A stretch of 63,283 nucleotides of DNA, filler included, from Reticulomyxa filosa (Eukaryota; Protista; Foraminifera): assembly GCA_000512085.1 (NCBI GenBank). It is 19 parts of 19 records of this genome, joined end to end, with 100 filler letters (N's around TTAATTAATTAA, not from the genome) between each part and the next. Parts side by side here need not be neighbours in the genome. Positions count along the whole stretch, not along the records: positions 13,740 to 15,421 come from ASPP01048179.1; positions 15,522 to 17,619 come from ASPP01015191.1; positions 17,720 to 18,980 come from ASPP01048433.1; positions 19,081 to 25,644 come from ASPP01020791.1; positions 25,745 to 26,907 come from ASPP01013110.1; 14 more parts are not named here. One strand, 5' to 3'. Shown piece after piece: positions 13,740 to 26,050 of the stretch; positions within the stretch are counted from its first letter, which is position 1; every line of letters begins with the position of its first letter. Both the position numbers and the translations under genes were made by a program. The notes under the pieces are model-generated. The model made no database searches and was not told the DNA's origin. It worked only from the letters and a program-made list of their open reading frames with translations.

Positions 13740-15014
13740 TTTCTCACAACTGGGACACATATAACATGTTTTAATTGGAGTAATTGAAATGTCTCTAAAT
13801 CCTTGATTCACCCATACTAAACGATCACCTTTCGATGCAATGCATCCCTCTTTATTTGTGCAACAGCCTTGCAAGTTTATTCCTGGTCCAAATCCTTTGT
13901 TTTCGGCATTTTTCAATTTTTCTTCATTTTCTTTTCTATCTTCCTTTGCTTCAGTGCCTTTATTCTTTATTTATTTATTTTTAATAATGTAAGTACAAAA
14001 ATAGGACGTTTCAGAAAATTAAAAAATAAAATTTACAAACTTGGTCTTTTGTTGTATTTTCCAAAATCAAATGTTGAGTTTCGATCTGATGTATTTTCGA
14101 TTGATTATTAAAGTTATCTTTGTCTTCAGATACAATCAATCCACAAGTGTCTGCTTTTTGCGATACTTCTTCTCTTTTGATTTTATTCTTTTTTTTTTTT
14201 TTACAATATAATACAATACAATTAGAACACAAATCAAACAATATTTTGGTTTGTTAGTGTGCGCAAGAAACCTGTTCCAATGCATTTTGCTCTTTTATGT
14301 CTTCTTTCGCTTCGTTAATTTTCTTGTTTTTTTATTATGTGTGTTACGACAAGAATATCAAATCCATCCCATAAAAATAATGTTTGAATTTGTTATTGGT
14401 TTAACTTGATTCAAATGACGTTTTGAAGCAAGATATGTTATTACCGACAAGATGTTGCCATTGAATTCTCCCAATTTACTCTGCAATTCACGTTCGTTTG
14501 TAACGTCATTGAAAAAAGCAGTCAATAATTCAATTTCTTTTGCATACCGATTGTTGACATTACTTTGCTGGTTATCATTGCTTTCATTATCTGTCTTGTT
14601 TGTTTGCGTTTGCATCCCTCCACAGACATTCATCTTACCTACAAATACAAATCCATTTGTCTTTTTGTTCGTCCACACGACATTGACATCACCATGTGGT
14701 CTTTCATTCATATTCGTCATGTTCCAATTGTTTGTAAATAATGCCATTGCATTGCCTTCGAAGAATACTGGCAACTTGTAACAAATAACTCCACCCACAC
14801 TACTCCAATCTCTCACATCTGCATCACGTATACAATTTTCTTTTGTTATGTTCATGGTTACACTATAGCGACCATCTTTGCTCATTATCACCTAAAAATG
14901 TAATTATATCGCGACAAACAAACAAAATGTCAATCATCAATTGTAATTTGGAAAATAATAAAAAAAAAATACTTGGGCTCGGATTGCAGCATCATCCTTC
15001 ATAAAATCTTTCAT
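13740..15014 (-). CDS. 5' part of a paralog of the Zn-domain / RelA-SpoT-like / WD40 family (N-terminal domain, small helical domain, Cys-rich domain); truncated at contig end
   Basis: GPGINLQGCCTNKEGCIASKGDRLVWVNQGF..CPSC aligns with KPGINLQGYYTNETCLASKAKLPVWVNIGF..CPDC at about 43170-43310; ELQSKLGEFNGNILSVI aligns with ELQHKVDHFNGNIEPVI at about 43630-43690. Confidence 0.75.
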
Positions 15015-15384
15015 TATTTATATTGAGTTTAACAAAGTTCTTTGAAAAGAAAAAAGTTCAAATCCTTTTCTTTTTTTTTTTTTTTTTCCTTAAACGTATA
15101 AGATATACCAGTGCATGCTTGAGTTAGATTCATGCCCAAACAATCAACCGATCCTGAGAAAGAAAGCACAGCAAAAAAAAAAAAAGGGACAATTATGAAT
15201 TTTTTTTTATTATTATTCTGCAAACATTTGAATGTGCAAAACAAATGTGTGGGAAGAGGAGAATATGAATGTATAATGTTTTTTTAAAAGGTAAGTTTTG
15301 AGCGTGGTTTAACGTTCTCCGTTTCTAATAAATGTCACAGTACTTCGAGGGTCACTACAACCTGCTTTATTATTTTTTTTTGTA

Positions 15385-15421
<37 letters not shown>

Positions 15422-16279
15422 NNNNNNNNNNNNNNNNNNNNNNNNNNNNNNNNNNNNNNNNNNNNTTAATTAATTAANNNNNNNNNNNNNNNNNNNNNNN
15501 NNNNNNNNNNNNNNNNNNNNNTTTTTTTTTTTTTTTTTTACATATATACGTGTATGTATGCTTTTTTTTTTTTTTTCAAATCCCTTCCTTCCTTCACATG
15601 CCACCGCGTTACGTTGTTTTTGTTATCTCAAGTTTTGCCACAAGAACAGAGAGAGAGAGAGAGAGGCTGTTGGTTATTCCAAACATATAAAAACTTGGCT
15701 TTTTTACCATGGGGAAGCATTGACTCTCGCTCTTCATTTCTCACAGTCTCAAAGTGGTCATCATCATCATAAGCGGACTGTGGCCCAGTGGGAAACTCAT
15801 GAGAACGCTCAAGGCTTGAGATATTACTATCGTTGATAGACATATGAAATTATTTGATGATTGATTATTTATTTATTTTTTTTTTTGGCCGTTATATATT
15901 GCTTTCCCCCTTAACTTTTTTTTTTTTTGCTCGTCTCATGAGAAAAAAATTAAAAACTTTGGGAATCTGTTTAAGTCACTGAAAGCCTGACACATTAGAA
16001 ATTTGGTGGAAAATAGCTAAAAATATTAAATTTAAATTTGCGCGCTCTCTAACTTTAAAAAATATTTTGAGATTTGCATTTTAATTTTGAAATCGCTGCA
16101 GATTGTCGTATAAGCCTGAAACCAAACTTGAAACGCAATTAAAAAATTTCATACACATTATTTATTATTATTATTATTATAATATAATAATCACATATTT
16201 TTAATTTTTCTATCTTAAATTATATTTTAAAAGAGAAATATTGCAGGCCAAAACACAGTCAAAGAATGGAGTGTGACAT

Positions 16280-17570
16280 TCACTTTGCACCTTGCACACC
16301 GTGAGCAAGAGTGGTGCGAACAAGTGAAGAAGACAAAAGTGCATTTTGCTCGTCAGCATAGATGCTATGATGAGAGTGCATATCTTTTGGAGTGAGATGT
16401 TCACTGAGACTGAGCTCTGTTTCACTTTTCCCCTCACTGTCCCGCCCATTCGGATGGGCTCTTTTCATAGCCGTCTTAATTAGTCCGGCTCCATTTTGGA
16501 GTTTCGATAGTCCATTTTCTTTGTCGTCTCCATTGTGTGCCTCTCTTCTTCCATCTTTTTCCTTGTCATTGTCGTCGTCGTCGTCACTGTAATACGTAAC
16601 AATGTCCTCTGGATCCTGTGACGTAGTGCTGGCACTGTTTTTGTCATTGCTAAACCTGCCCCAATGCCTGTGGCATCTCTTGGAATACCAAAACAAAAAT
16701 TGGAATAGCAGCATCCATAACAAAATGGCCAGCGCACTGCCACGGAACATCCAAACGGGTCCATACCATTCGTAGATGTACCCTCCTGCGATTGCGCCTA
16801 CGCAATCTGCTAACCCACTCCATGTCCCACGCATCAAATGCTGGACTGTCCCTTGTAAATGCGGTGGCACCAAACTGGCTCCATATTGAACACATGCGAT
16901 CCAACATCCTTTCCGATTTTTTTTTTTTTTTTAAAAAAAAAAAATTGCAAATAAAACAAAATATTAATAGCAATCATTATATACATATACATATACATCT
17001 ACATATATGTATATATATGCATACGTATAAATTTTTTTTTTTACAACAAACCTGCGAAGGTAAGTCCATGGAGTGGCTCCAATAGCAGTACGTACCACGA
17101 CGTATGTTGTGTTTGTGGAAGCAACGAGTACCCGTATGCTCGGACAGTGTAAGCAAAGTGTGACAACGCAATCAGCTCTATTTTTTTTTTTTTTTACGTT
17201 CATAAAAAAAAAAAAAAAAAAAAAAAGAGGGTGTTTTAACAACTTTTAAAAAAAGTATATACGTATACATATATATGTATGCAAATTTTTTTTTTTGCTT
17301 CGTCAGCAAATTGCACTTGGGATGCCAGCTGCAGTGATCAAGTGGCGACGAAAATAGAAAATAGGTGTTTCTCCAACGAATATCATGACAAATATGGTGA
17401 GACCGCACAAAATATAAGAGGCATGAAATTTGTTGATCAGGAATAAGAACAGATACTGCTCGACAAATGACATGGTCACTCCAAACAAAAATAAGTTGGA
17501 AAAGAATACCAACGTATGGATGCTACAGGGCTCGTAGCACAGCACTATGTATACGTAGCCATGCATGTTA
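16280..17570 (-). CDS. Major facilitator superfamily transporter (MFSD6-like), 3' half
   Basis: NLFLFGVTMSFVEQYLFLFL, ETPIFYF, VPPHLQGTVQHLMRGTWSGLADCVGAIAGGYIY; several TM helices. Confidence 0.8.
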
Positions 17571-17583
17571 CATTTATGTATAC

Positions 17584-17619
<36 letters not shown>

Positions 17620-17719
17620 NNNNNNNNNNNNNNNNNNNNNNNNNNNNNNNNNNNNNNNNNNNNTTAATTAATTAANNNNNNNNNNNNNNNNNNNNNNNNN
17701 NNNNNNNNNNNNNNNNNNN

Positions 17720-18980
17720 CTGGTAGAGGCCTGCATGTTGGCCTTTTAGTTGGAAAATGAGTTGGTTTTTTTGGTAGGTAATTGTGTTGGAGGTTTATTG
17801 TTGGTGTCTTTGTTGGTAACAATGTTGGTACCCTATTTAAATCATTTTTGTCATTCAATGCATTCAATCATTTTTTTTTTTACAAATCATAAAAATAATG
17901 GACTATTTATATAATCACAAACAAATACTTACTTGGAGGCAATCTCGTTGGCAATCTTGTTGGTCGTTTAGAATATGGTTTTATTGGAGCTTTGGTTAGT
18001 CTTGTTGAAGCATTGATTGATCTTGCTGGAACATTTGTTGGTCTTGCTGGAACATGGATCGATCTTGTTGGAGCATTTGATTGGTCTGAGCATTGATTGA
18101 CCTTGTTAGAACATTCAGGTTGGAGTCCTATGTTTTAAAAAACAAAAAAAACATAGTCATTTGTTTTATAACATTTTTATTCAAAAAACAAGAAAGAAAT
18201 GATAATTTGTAAAAAAAATATACTTTGTGGGGCCACGAGTTGGAAAGACTGGTAGATGCCTGCGTGTTGGCCTTTTAGTTGACACTCTTGTTAGAACATT
18301 GGTTGGCAAGAGTGTTGGTAACAAAGTTTGGAGCATTGGTAGAAACTTTGATTGTAGGACGAGTTGGCCTACAAGTTGGAAGACGAGTAGCTGTCTTTGT
18401 TGGCACTTTTGTTGGAACCTTTGCCGGGACTCTATTTTGTCAATGTTCATAAAAAAAAATGATTGATAAATTTTTCTGGGAGGAGGGAAAAGAAAAAAAA
18501 ACGAGTATGTACTTGGTAGGACGACGAGTCAGGTAAGACTATTGGAACAAACTTGGAGCCTTTGGTAGGAACTTTGTTTCGAGAACGCGAGTAGTCGTCT
18601 TTGTCGGCACTTTTTTTGGAGACCTAGTTTACATTTTTGTTGGGACTAATTTTGTCAATGTTTACAAAAAAATAATTTAGAAATTTGTGAGAGAAAAAAA
18701 AGAAAAAAACAACTACGTAATTGGTGGGAGGTCTGGTTGGAACCTTTGTTTGATGTCTGGTCGGAACCTTTGTTGGATATCTGGTTGGAATCTTTGTTGG
18801 AACTATACTTTATCAATATTCACACCAAAATAATTTAGAAATTTGTTGGAGTAAAAAGAAAAAAAAAATAGACTTAATTGATAAAGTGCTGGTTGGAAGC
18901 TTTGCTGGAAATCTCTGGCTGGCATCTTTGTTTGGGGCTCTATTTTATATAAATTCACATAAAAATAAGTTAAATTTGTG
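17720..18980 (-). repeat. Pro/Thr-rich (PTxx)n coding repeats in tandemly duplicated exon-intron units; mucin-like fragment, partly degenerate
   Basis: PTKRPT, PTLLPT and PTRGPT peptides; repeated intron-like blocks ttgtcaatgtt..aaataatttagaaatttg..aaaagaaaaaaa near 18440, 18650 and 18810. Confidence 0.6.
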
Positions 18981-19080
18981 NNNNNNNNNNNNNNNNNNNN
19001 NNNNNNNNNNNNNNNNNNNNNNNNTTAATTAATTAANNNNNNNNNNNNNNNNNNNNNNNNNNNNNNNNNNNNNNNNNNNN

Positions 19081-19690
19081 TATTATTATTATTATTATTA
19101 TTGGTGATATTACCATTGCCAATAGTAATAGTGGCGATCATATTGTCTTTGCTGTTATTTTTATTATTGATATTATTTGTGGCGTTGTGGATGTTGAACT
19201 CGCTACTGCACGTTGGAATTTCAATTTCCTTTTCGTTTGCTTGGTCTCTGTCATATGGATGCATGATTGCGTTTTCGTCGTCACTATCCAAGCTGGATGA
19301 CTGCTTCTTCACTCTCAATGGTGAATGCGGTGCGCTTTCTGAAATTTTTGCATCCATTGTTCCACTTGATAATTCTTTTTCATCGTTCGATGATGGAATT
19401 GCTATTGTTACTGGCGGAGACCATAACAAATTCCCATTTCGTTCTCTCGTCTCCTCTTCCTCTTCTTGTCCTATTCTCACATCCTTGCTCATGTTTAGTG
19501 TTTGCATTTGCTCTGCAAATGTCAACCATATTTGCTGTAGATTATTCATCGACTTTGTCATCATTGTTATACAATTGTTCGTCTTGTTCAAACATCTATC
19601 AAACAAATTTACCTCAAGTACCTTTCGCAACAAACATGTTTTCTTTGCTTTTAAAACAAAACGCAAAAAAGAATCTTCATTGCAATTCAA
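19081..19690 (-). CDS. Hypothetical protein fragment with an Asn-rich tract
   Basis: Open frame of about 200 codons with natural composition, running into the contig end. Confidence 0.45.
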
Positions 19691-20085
19691 ACTGTAATAA
19701 TTCTGTTTGGTAATTTAAAGACATCGTAGGTATTGATTTTGTTTGATAATGTCCGTTGAGCGCCTGCGGAACTGCCCTGGCAAAATTTTTAGCACAAGAC
19801 CTACTTACAAATTCTTTGAAAATTGGCTAGCATGATATTGAAGACTTAAAATCACTGGAAAGCGTCAATGATTTAAGCTATGTTTTCTTAAAATACAAAT
19901 AATTCTGTTTAATCTTTGGATAGTTTCTTTCAGTTGAAGAGGATACACCCAGCCACGAAATAAAGGAATGAATATAGTTTTTATTGTATTTTACTCCTCT
20001 TTTTTTAACACTTTAACTTGTTCGTTGTGGAGGTAAAGAACTTTAGGGGTATTTACAACTTGGAAATAGAAGTTACAAAACAAAA

Positions 20086-22542
20086 ATGGTATTAACCGAG
20101 TTACTGAAAAAAGAGCTCAGTAATGTGTGGATAGCTTCTCACTTTTGGAAAACCAAACTAACACGACAAAAAATAAACGAAGTTAAAACACTTGCAAAGA
20201 ACAACTTCAGAACTAAAAAAACAAGTGCCCACAAATATAACAAAACAGACAAACATTCAAAAAGCGGTGGAATTGTTGCGTGCCGAGGCCGATGAACTCT
20301 CAAATCTGAGAAATCTCTCATCATGTACAGTGGGTTTAAGTCGAATTCATGAGAGACAAGTAGCATTTTTATTTCAGGACAGCAACACAACTATTGAACG
20401 GCTCCATCGTTTGAAGAGCAAGAGTGAGTCATCCAAAAAACAAGCTACCGAAAAAAACACTCAACAGTCAGATCAAAAAAACGAGGAAGCTGACGAACAG
20501 AAATTCACGGCAAGTCTGGGAATTTCCGATATCGATTTGACAGCATTGCACTCACTGCACTATGAAAACGATCGTGTACATGACTATCGAATTGCGGTGG
20601 AAGACAATCGCAACCAAGCCAATGAACTTGACATTACATTGCAAGAAGAAAACGTAGAGTTGACAGGCACACATGGTATTGATTCCAATATGGAATTGTC
20701 GATAGGTGGCAATTTGCGATTGGTGAGAAAATGAAAAACGAAAAAGTGCACCCAATTTTTTTTTTTTTAAATGTAAAAAGAAAATTCAAAAGTGAAACAT
20801 CTCACCCAATCAATTTTCAAACATTAAGAAATAAACAATTGGACAGGAAAATGATGGCCACATTGAAATCACTTTTGAAGATGAGTCGATATCGTTAGCA
20901 CTGGAAGAAGGTCAGTCGCATGAATGCACTCCTGAGGCTGGCACAAAGCAATCGCTTTTAAGTACTGGCAATATCCATTCAGTTATTTTTTTTTTTTTTT
21001 TTCCCCATTGGAAGTCAAAACAAAACGAAACATTATTAAGACATGAAAATACTGGATATCACAAACAAAAAAAAAAAGGTAGATTTGCCAGTGATGAATA
21101 AACAAGAAGCAGATGATGTGGTGGGTGACGTCGTGTCACACTTAGAAAATGCGTCTGTCCATGAAGAAGCATATCAAAATGCTGACAACTTACATCTCGA
21201 TGACACGAATCCACAAAATCCCGTGACTGGCGACATTCTATTAGTTGAGTTTGCTAGGATTGGGACCCGTTTGAGAGGCCCAAGCATTTATTTAAAAAAG
21301 GGGTACCCAATGTTGAAAGGGAGAAGATAAAGAAAGAGATTGAATGTGATTGAATAGGAAAACCGAAATGAGAATAATGAAGATGAACTGACGGACCTCC
21401 ATTCTGCAAAGCGAAGACGGTTAAATGACGGAAGCAGTATAAATACCACAATGGACGACAAAGCGAATAAAAACGATGACCAAACGAACCGAACAAAATA
21501 TCACCATAAAAAAAAATTTGCAGTAGATAAGTGCATAGATTTAGATGAAAATGAATTAAGGATGGACGACGGCCAACTTTTATGCGAACGCAATGTTCTC
21601 CATGTTTGGCGTGAGCCGTATGTATTCACGACCGATTTCAACACAAACAAAGATAATGCTTTTTCTCATCTGTTTAAAAAGACCCTGAGCTCAAACATGC
21701 ACGGAATTACTAACGAATTAAACGAATTTTTGGGTGAATGCAACGAATGGGCGCTGAATGGAAAAGCCTCCACTGCACATTTCAAGCATCTCCGAAAATC
21801 AACATTGCACCGAGATGATGAAAAAGTTGGTAATGAAATAATTCCAGAACAAGGAAGGGATGCACTGAGTGAAATTGCAAATGCAAATGAAAATGACCCG
21901 CTTGCAGAACTTCCACCCGCAGAAGAACATACTTTCTCCCCTGCTCCTGCACGTTTGATTTTTCTTTTTTTTTTTTTTAAGGTGTACATATACAAGAAAA
22001 TGAAGAAGGGTGTGGCTTCTGTTTGTTGTATGTTCGATTCGGCGTGAAAAGTGCCTAATGATGGGTTCGAAGTGGAGACAATTGATAGAAATTTAGATGA
22101 AACAAAAACTTATAGTAGTATCGATACTAGAATAGAAGACGATGTAACAAGGCCTCAACTTATAACGAGTGCCCAAGTTGATCATCATGCATCTGCCCGT
22201 GTGTGGAGTAATCGGTCACAAAAAACTTATGTCTTGCTTGATGAAATTACAAGTGGAGATGATCAAGGCAAAGGTAAAAATTCTGTATATTTCGATGAAT
22301 TTATTCCTTGTGATTTGAAAAGGGATTTGGCTGCAGCAACATTTTATGAAATGCTTCTATTCAAAACCTATGGGCTTATTCAACTCACTCAGACCGAGCC
22401 TTTTGGTCGCATTCTAATCGAAGTTTGTACTTTTTTTATTTATTTTTTTATGAATTTTTTTTACCTCGACTTGCTTTGTTTTTTATAGAAAACGGATCAA
22501 TTTGAACAACATAAGCAAATTTCTAGAAAACTTGGTGCCTAA
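20086..22542 (+). CDS. Cohesin alpha-kleisin (Rad21/Rec8 family); multi-exon
   Basis: N-terminal LSNVWIASH..KLTRQKI..LRNLSSCTVGLSRIHERQVAFLFQD; C-terminal winged helix RDLAAATFYEMLLFKTYGLIQLTQTEPFGRILI. Confidence 0.85.
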
Positions 22543-23014
22543 GAATGAATGCTCAAATTTTTGAAAAACTGATGGCATATGTGACTCTTTTGGGAGATCA
22601 ATCGTACATAGCTTCAAAAAATATACTTTAAAAAATCCACATAGTTTTTGAGGAATTAGAATTGTTTTGCAAGCCTTTTGCTTGAAAAAACAAAGTATGG
22701 AGAGATCACTGTGTTTACAAATATGAGAAGTTATGTTTGACTTTCTTGATTTTTTTGGTGTCATCTTTTTCAAACTTGCCCCTAATTTTGATAAATTTCT
22801 AAAGTTTTCTTAATTGTTCTCTCAAAGAGTGAATGCATAAATATAGACTTTGGGCCCAAAATTTAGAATACAGAGGGAAGTATTGTAGATCCGATTCGTG
22901 CTTTGTGAAGAATTTTTTCATCCAATAAAGGGTTTAAATATCTTAAGATTGAAAAAAAACAAAAATAGCAAAAAAACATAAACCAACACAATCTAGAATA
23001 ACAATTAGCTGCAA

Positions 23015-25620
23015 TCAATTTGACACCTTTCTCCTTTTACTGTCTGGAGCACCATAGCTTTCGTCATCACCTTTTAAGTATACCTCGTTTGTTTCTTCAA
23101 ACTCGGTGCGACTTCTTTTTTTAGAAGAACCAAGGGACTTGCAATTGTTTTCTTCTAGATCTGTGGATGCTTGCACAGGATTATCTGCTGGGATTTTTGA
23201 CTTATTTTCATTTGTGTCATTAGGGCAATCAACACTTGAAAATGATAATGGCACCGAAGAACCCAATTGACTTTCTAAAACATTATTCTTTTCTTCATGC
23301 TTTTGTTTGAGCGAATCCATTTTGAGTTGCATCATTTTCAATTGATCCTCTAATTTTCGAATTTTTTTCGTCAATAGAAGTACATCAACTATTGATGACA
23401 GTGTGTACAGATATGCATATTTGTTATTATTCTCTCACAAGTGAACTTTTTCAAATATAGATGTTTGTTGTGTGTGCATTTTTGTAATGATTTGTAAAAT
23501 CGCATACAATGGTAATCATCTCGCTCTTTTTTGATTTGATCAAACATGGATATTTTCGTTTTGGCCAAATTTAATTCAATTTTTAGATTCGTCACCTCGC
23601 CAGAAAACACATCGCAATTTTTACAGCCAGATGATGTGTTTGCAACGTTTGGCACCTATCGAATATTTGAGAACATTCGAAAGAAATTTGAAAATTTTGA
23701 TCAAAACAATATTTTTAAAAAGAAGGAAAAAAAGATATTTGAATTATTTGTTCACCTGCATTTTCTCGTCGGAATCTTTGCCATCATTCATCAATCGTGC
23801 ATATTCTGAAAACAAAGAACAAAACTGACTAACATGTGTTAAAAAAAAAGGGGGACAAAATATTGACCTTTTTCTTTTTTTATTCGTTCCAACGCAATGA
23901 TTTCCTCTTTTAGTGTGAGTATATCCGACTGAAGAGTGCTTAATTGCAAGGCCATTGCGGCACAGGATTTGTTTTTTCTATCCATTTGTTCGTTTTGGGT
24001 ATTTAATTCTTCTTGCTGTGCCTGTGTCATCACTTGATATTGGAATAATTGGGTAGAGACCTCTTCTTTTTCATTTTTTAGAGTTTGCAGATCATTTTGT
24101 AACTCTGTTATATCGCTTTTCAATGACTCAGTCGCTTTCTTTGAAGACTGTAATTCTTGTTGTAATGACTCCTTTTTCATATATGTTTACAAATACACAT
24201 ACCACTGTTATACGAACCAAAAAAAAAAAAAATGTATGTATACATACAATCTGTTGAGATAGTGCTTGTTTCTGATTTTGTTCATCTAATAATGTGTCAC
24301 ATTTGCTGTTGAGACTGACAAGAGCTTGAGTTTTTTCTTCCAAAGCCAAGGAAAGCGCGTCCAGTTGTTGTTTGCCTTGTGAGTTGTTGTGTTTTGTATA
24401 TTCTTTATAAAGAGAGTAGAGAAGAGAGAAAGGAAAAGTAGAACAAAATACAAACACAATACGCAACAAGAAGAATGTTGATCTGAAAGGGATACACAAA
24501 GCTGATGTTTCGTTTCCAATTCTTTGGTAACTGTTTCAATTTTCTCTTGTTGCTCTTTCATCGTTGTCTCCAAAGTTTGTATAGTTTTCGTTAATTCTGC
24601 TTTTTCATTTGCAGAACCTTCTTTAGCCGTTTCAAACTCTTTTTTTATACTTTCCTATGCACGATTTGAACATGTTGAACGAACACCAGCAATGATCACA
24701 TATACAAATATACACATATATAAAGAGCATGCCATTTGTTGATCAAAATAACATTGTCTTTCTTCCTTCTCTTTAATTAATGCATTATATTTGTCCTTTA
24801 GTTCGTTCAATCCATTTTTTTCCTCGGTCAACACCAATGTCAATGCTTCTCTTTCTTTGTCGCCTGGATACAAGCCATTCAAACAATTTGCCCATCAGAA
24901 ACAACAACATTTAAAAAGAAATGAACAAATGTTGTTTGCAACTTACGCAATTGCATTTCTGTTGACATTTGATTTGTCATGTCTTGAAGCTATTTATCAT
25001 GTTATGTTTTCTTTTATTTCAGATCAATCCAATACATTAAAAAAAGAAAAAAACGCACATACTTTTTGAGACCATCCCTGTTCTTGCTCTTTCCATTTAG
25101 TTTCCAGCAAAGCATGTTGTTCGGCTTGGATTACCAACTCTCTTATCTTTTCTACGAGTTGATCAACCTTTTTTTTTTTTTTTATAAGTGTGTATATTTG
25201 CTTTTATTTTCTCCTCTCCCTTCTTATAAATGAAAAGCGATAATTGACCTGTTGGCACAATTGCTGGCATTTGGTCTCATATTCACATTTGTCAGTTTGC
25301 AACTTTTGTAATTCATTTTGAATCAGCACGTTCTGTGAGTTGAGATGGTCATTACTTTCTTTCATTTTCTGTTGCAGTTCTGCGTTCTACTCGTTTTTTT
25401 TTTTTTTTTAATTCAATACGCTTTCCACGTTTGTTGTTGTTTTCTTTTTTCCACATTACACATACACAACAAATGCAAAACCTGCTTCGACAATTCCGCT
25501 TTTTCTTGTTTCATTTCTGTTATTTTTGCTTCCACATTTTCCTTTTGAGTGGAACATTCACGTTCTTTTTCTTCCACTTGCGCGCACAATACATTTATTT
25601 CCATTTTATGCTTTTCAACC
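23015..25620 (-). CDS. Long coiled-coil protein, multi-exon, 5'-truncated, with a basic NLS-like C-terminus
   Basis: Successive heptad-rich E/K/Q/L exons; ends SKKRSR..SKRRKVSN. Confidence 0.6.
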
Positions 25621-25744
25621 TTTTTTTTTTTTTTTTTTTTTTTTNNNNNNNNNNNNNNNNNNNNNNNNNNNNNNNNNNNNNNNNNNNNTTAATTAATTAA
25701 NNNNNNNNNNNNNNNNNNNNNNNNNNNNNNNNNNNNNNNNNNNN

Positions 25745-26050
25745 TCATTTGATCCAGAACAAATGAATTGATAATCATCAAATGATGAATAATCAATACT
25801 CCACACAATACTTGTATGTCCAGTGAATGTATTGATTAATTTGGATGATGAACAAAATGTGTCAAACATGAAGACAGTAGATGCCTATGTTAAATAAACA
25901 TTTGAATATTTTAATAAATATTTTAAAAAAGAAAGAATAGATGGACTAACATAATTGGCAACAAGTTTGTCAAAATCTTTGATCCATCCTAATTGAATGT
26001 TTAATGTTCGAATCCAATGATCAATAATGATTTGGGTCTCTTCTTCTTTT
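25745..26050 (-). CDS. WD40 protein of an expanded lineage-specific family (5' part)
   Basis: IIIDHWIRTLNIQLGWIKDFDKLVANYV|ASTVFMFDTFCSSSKLINTFTGHTSIVWSIDYS; paralog of 62800-63283. Confidence 0.8.
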
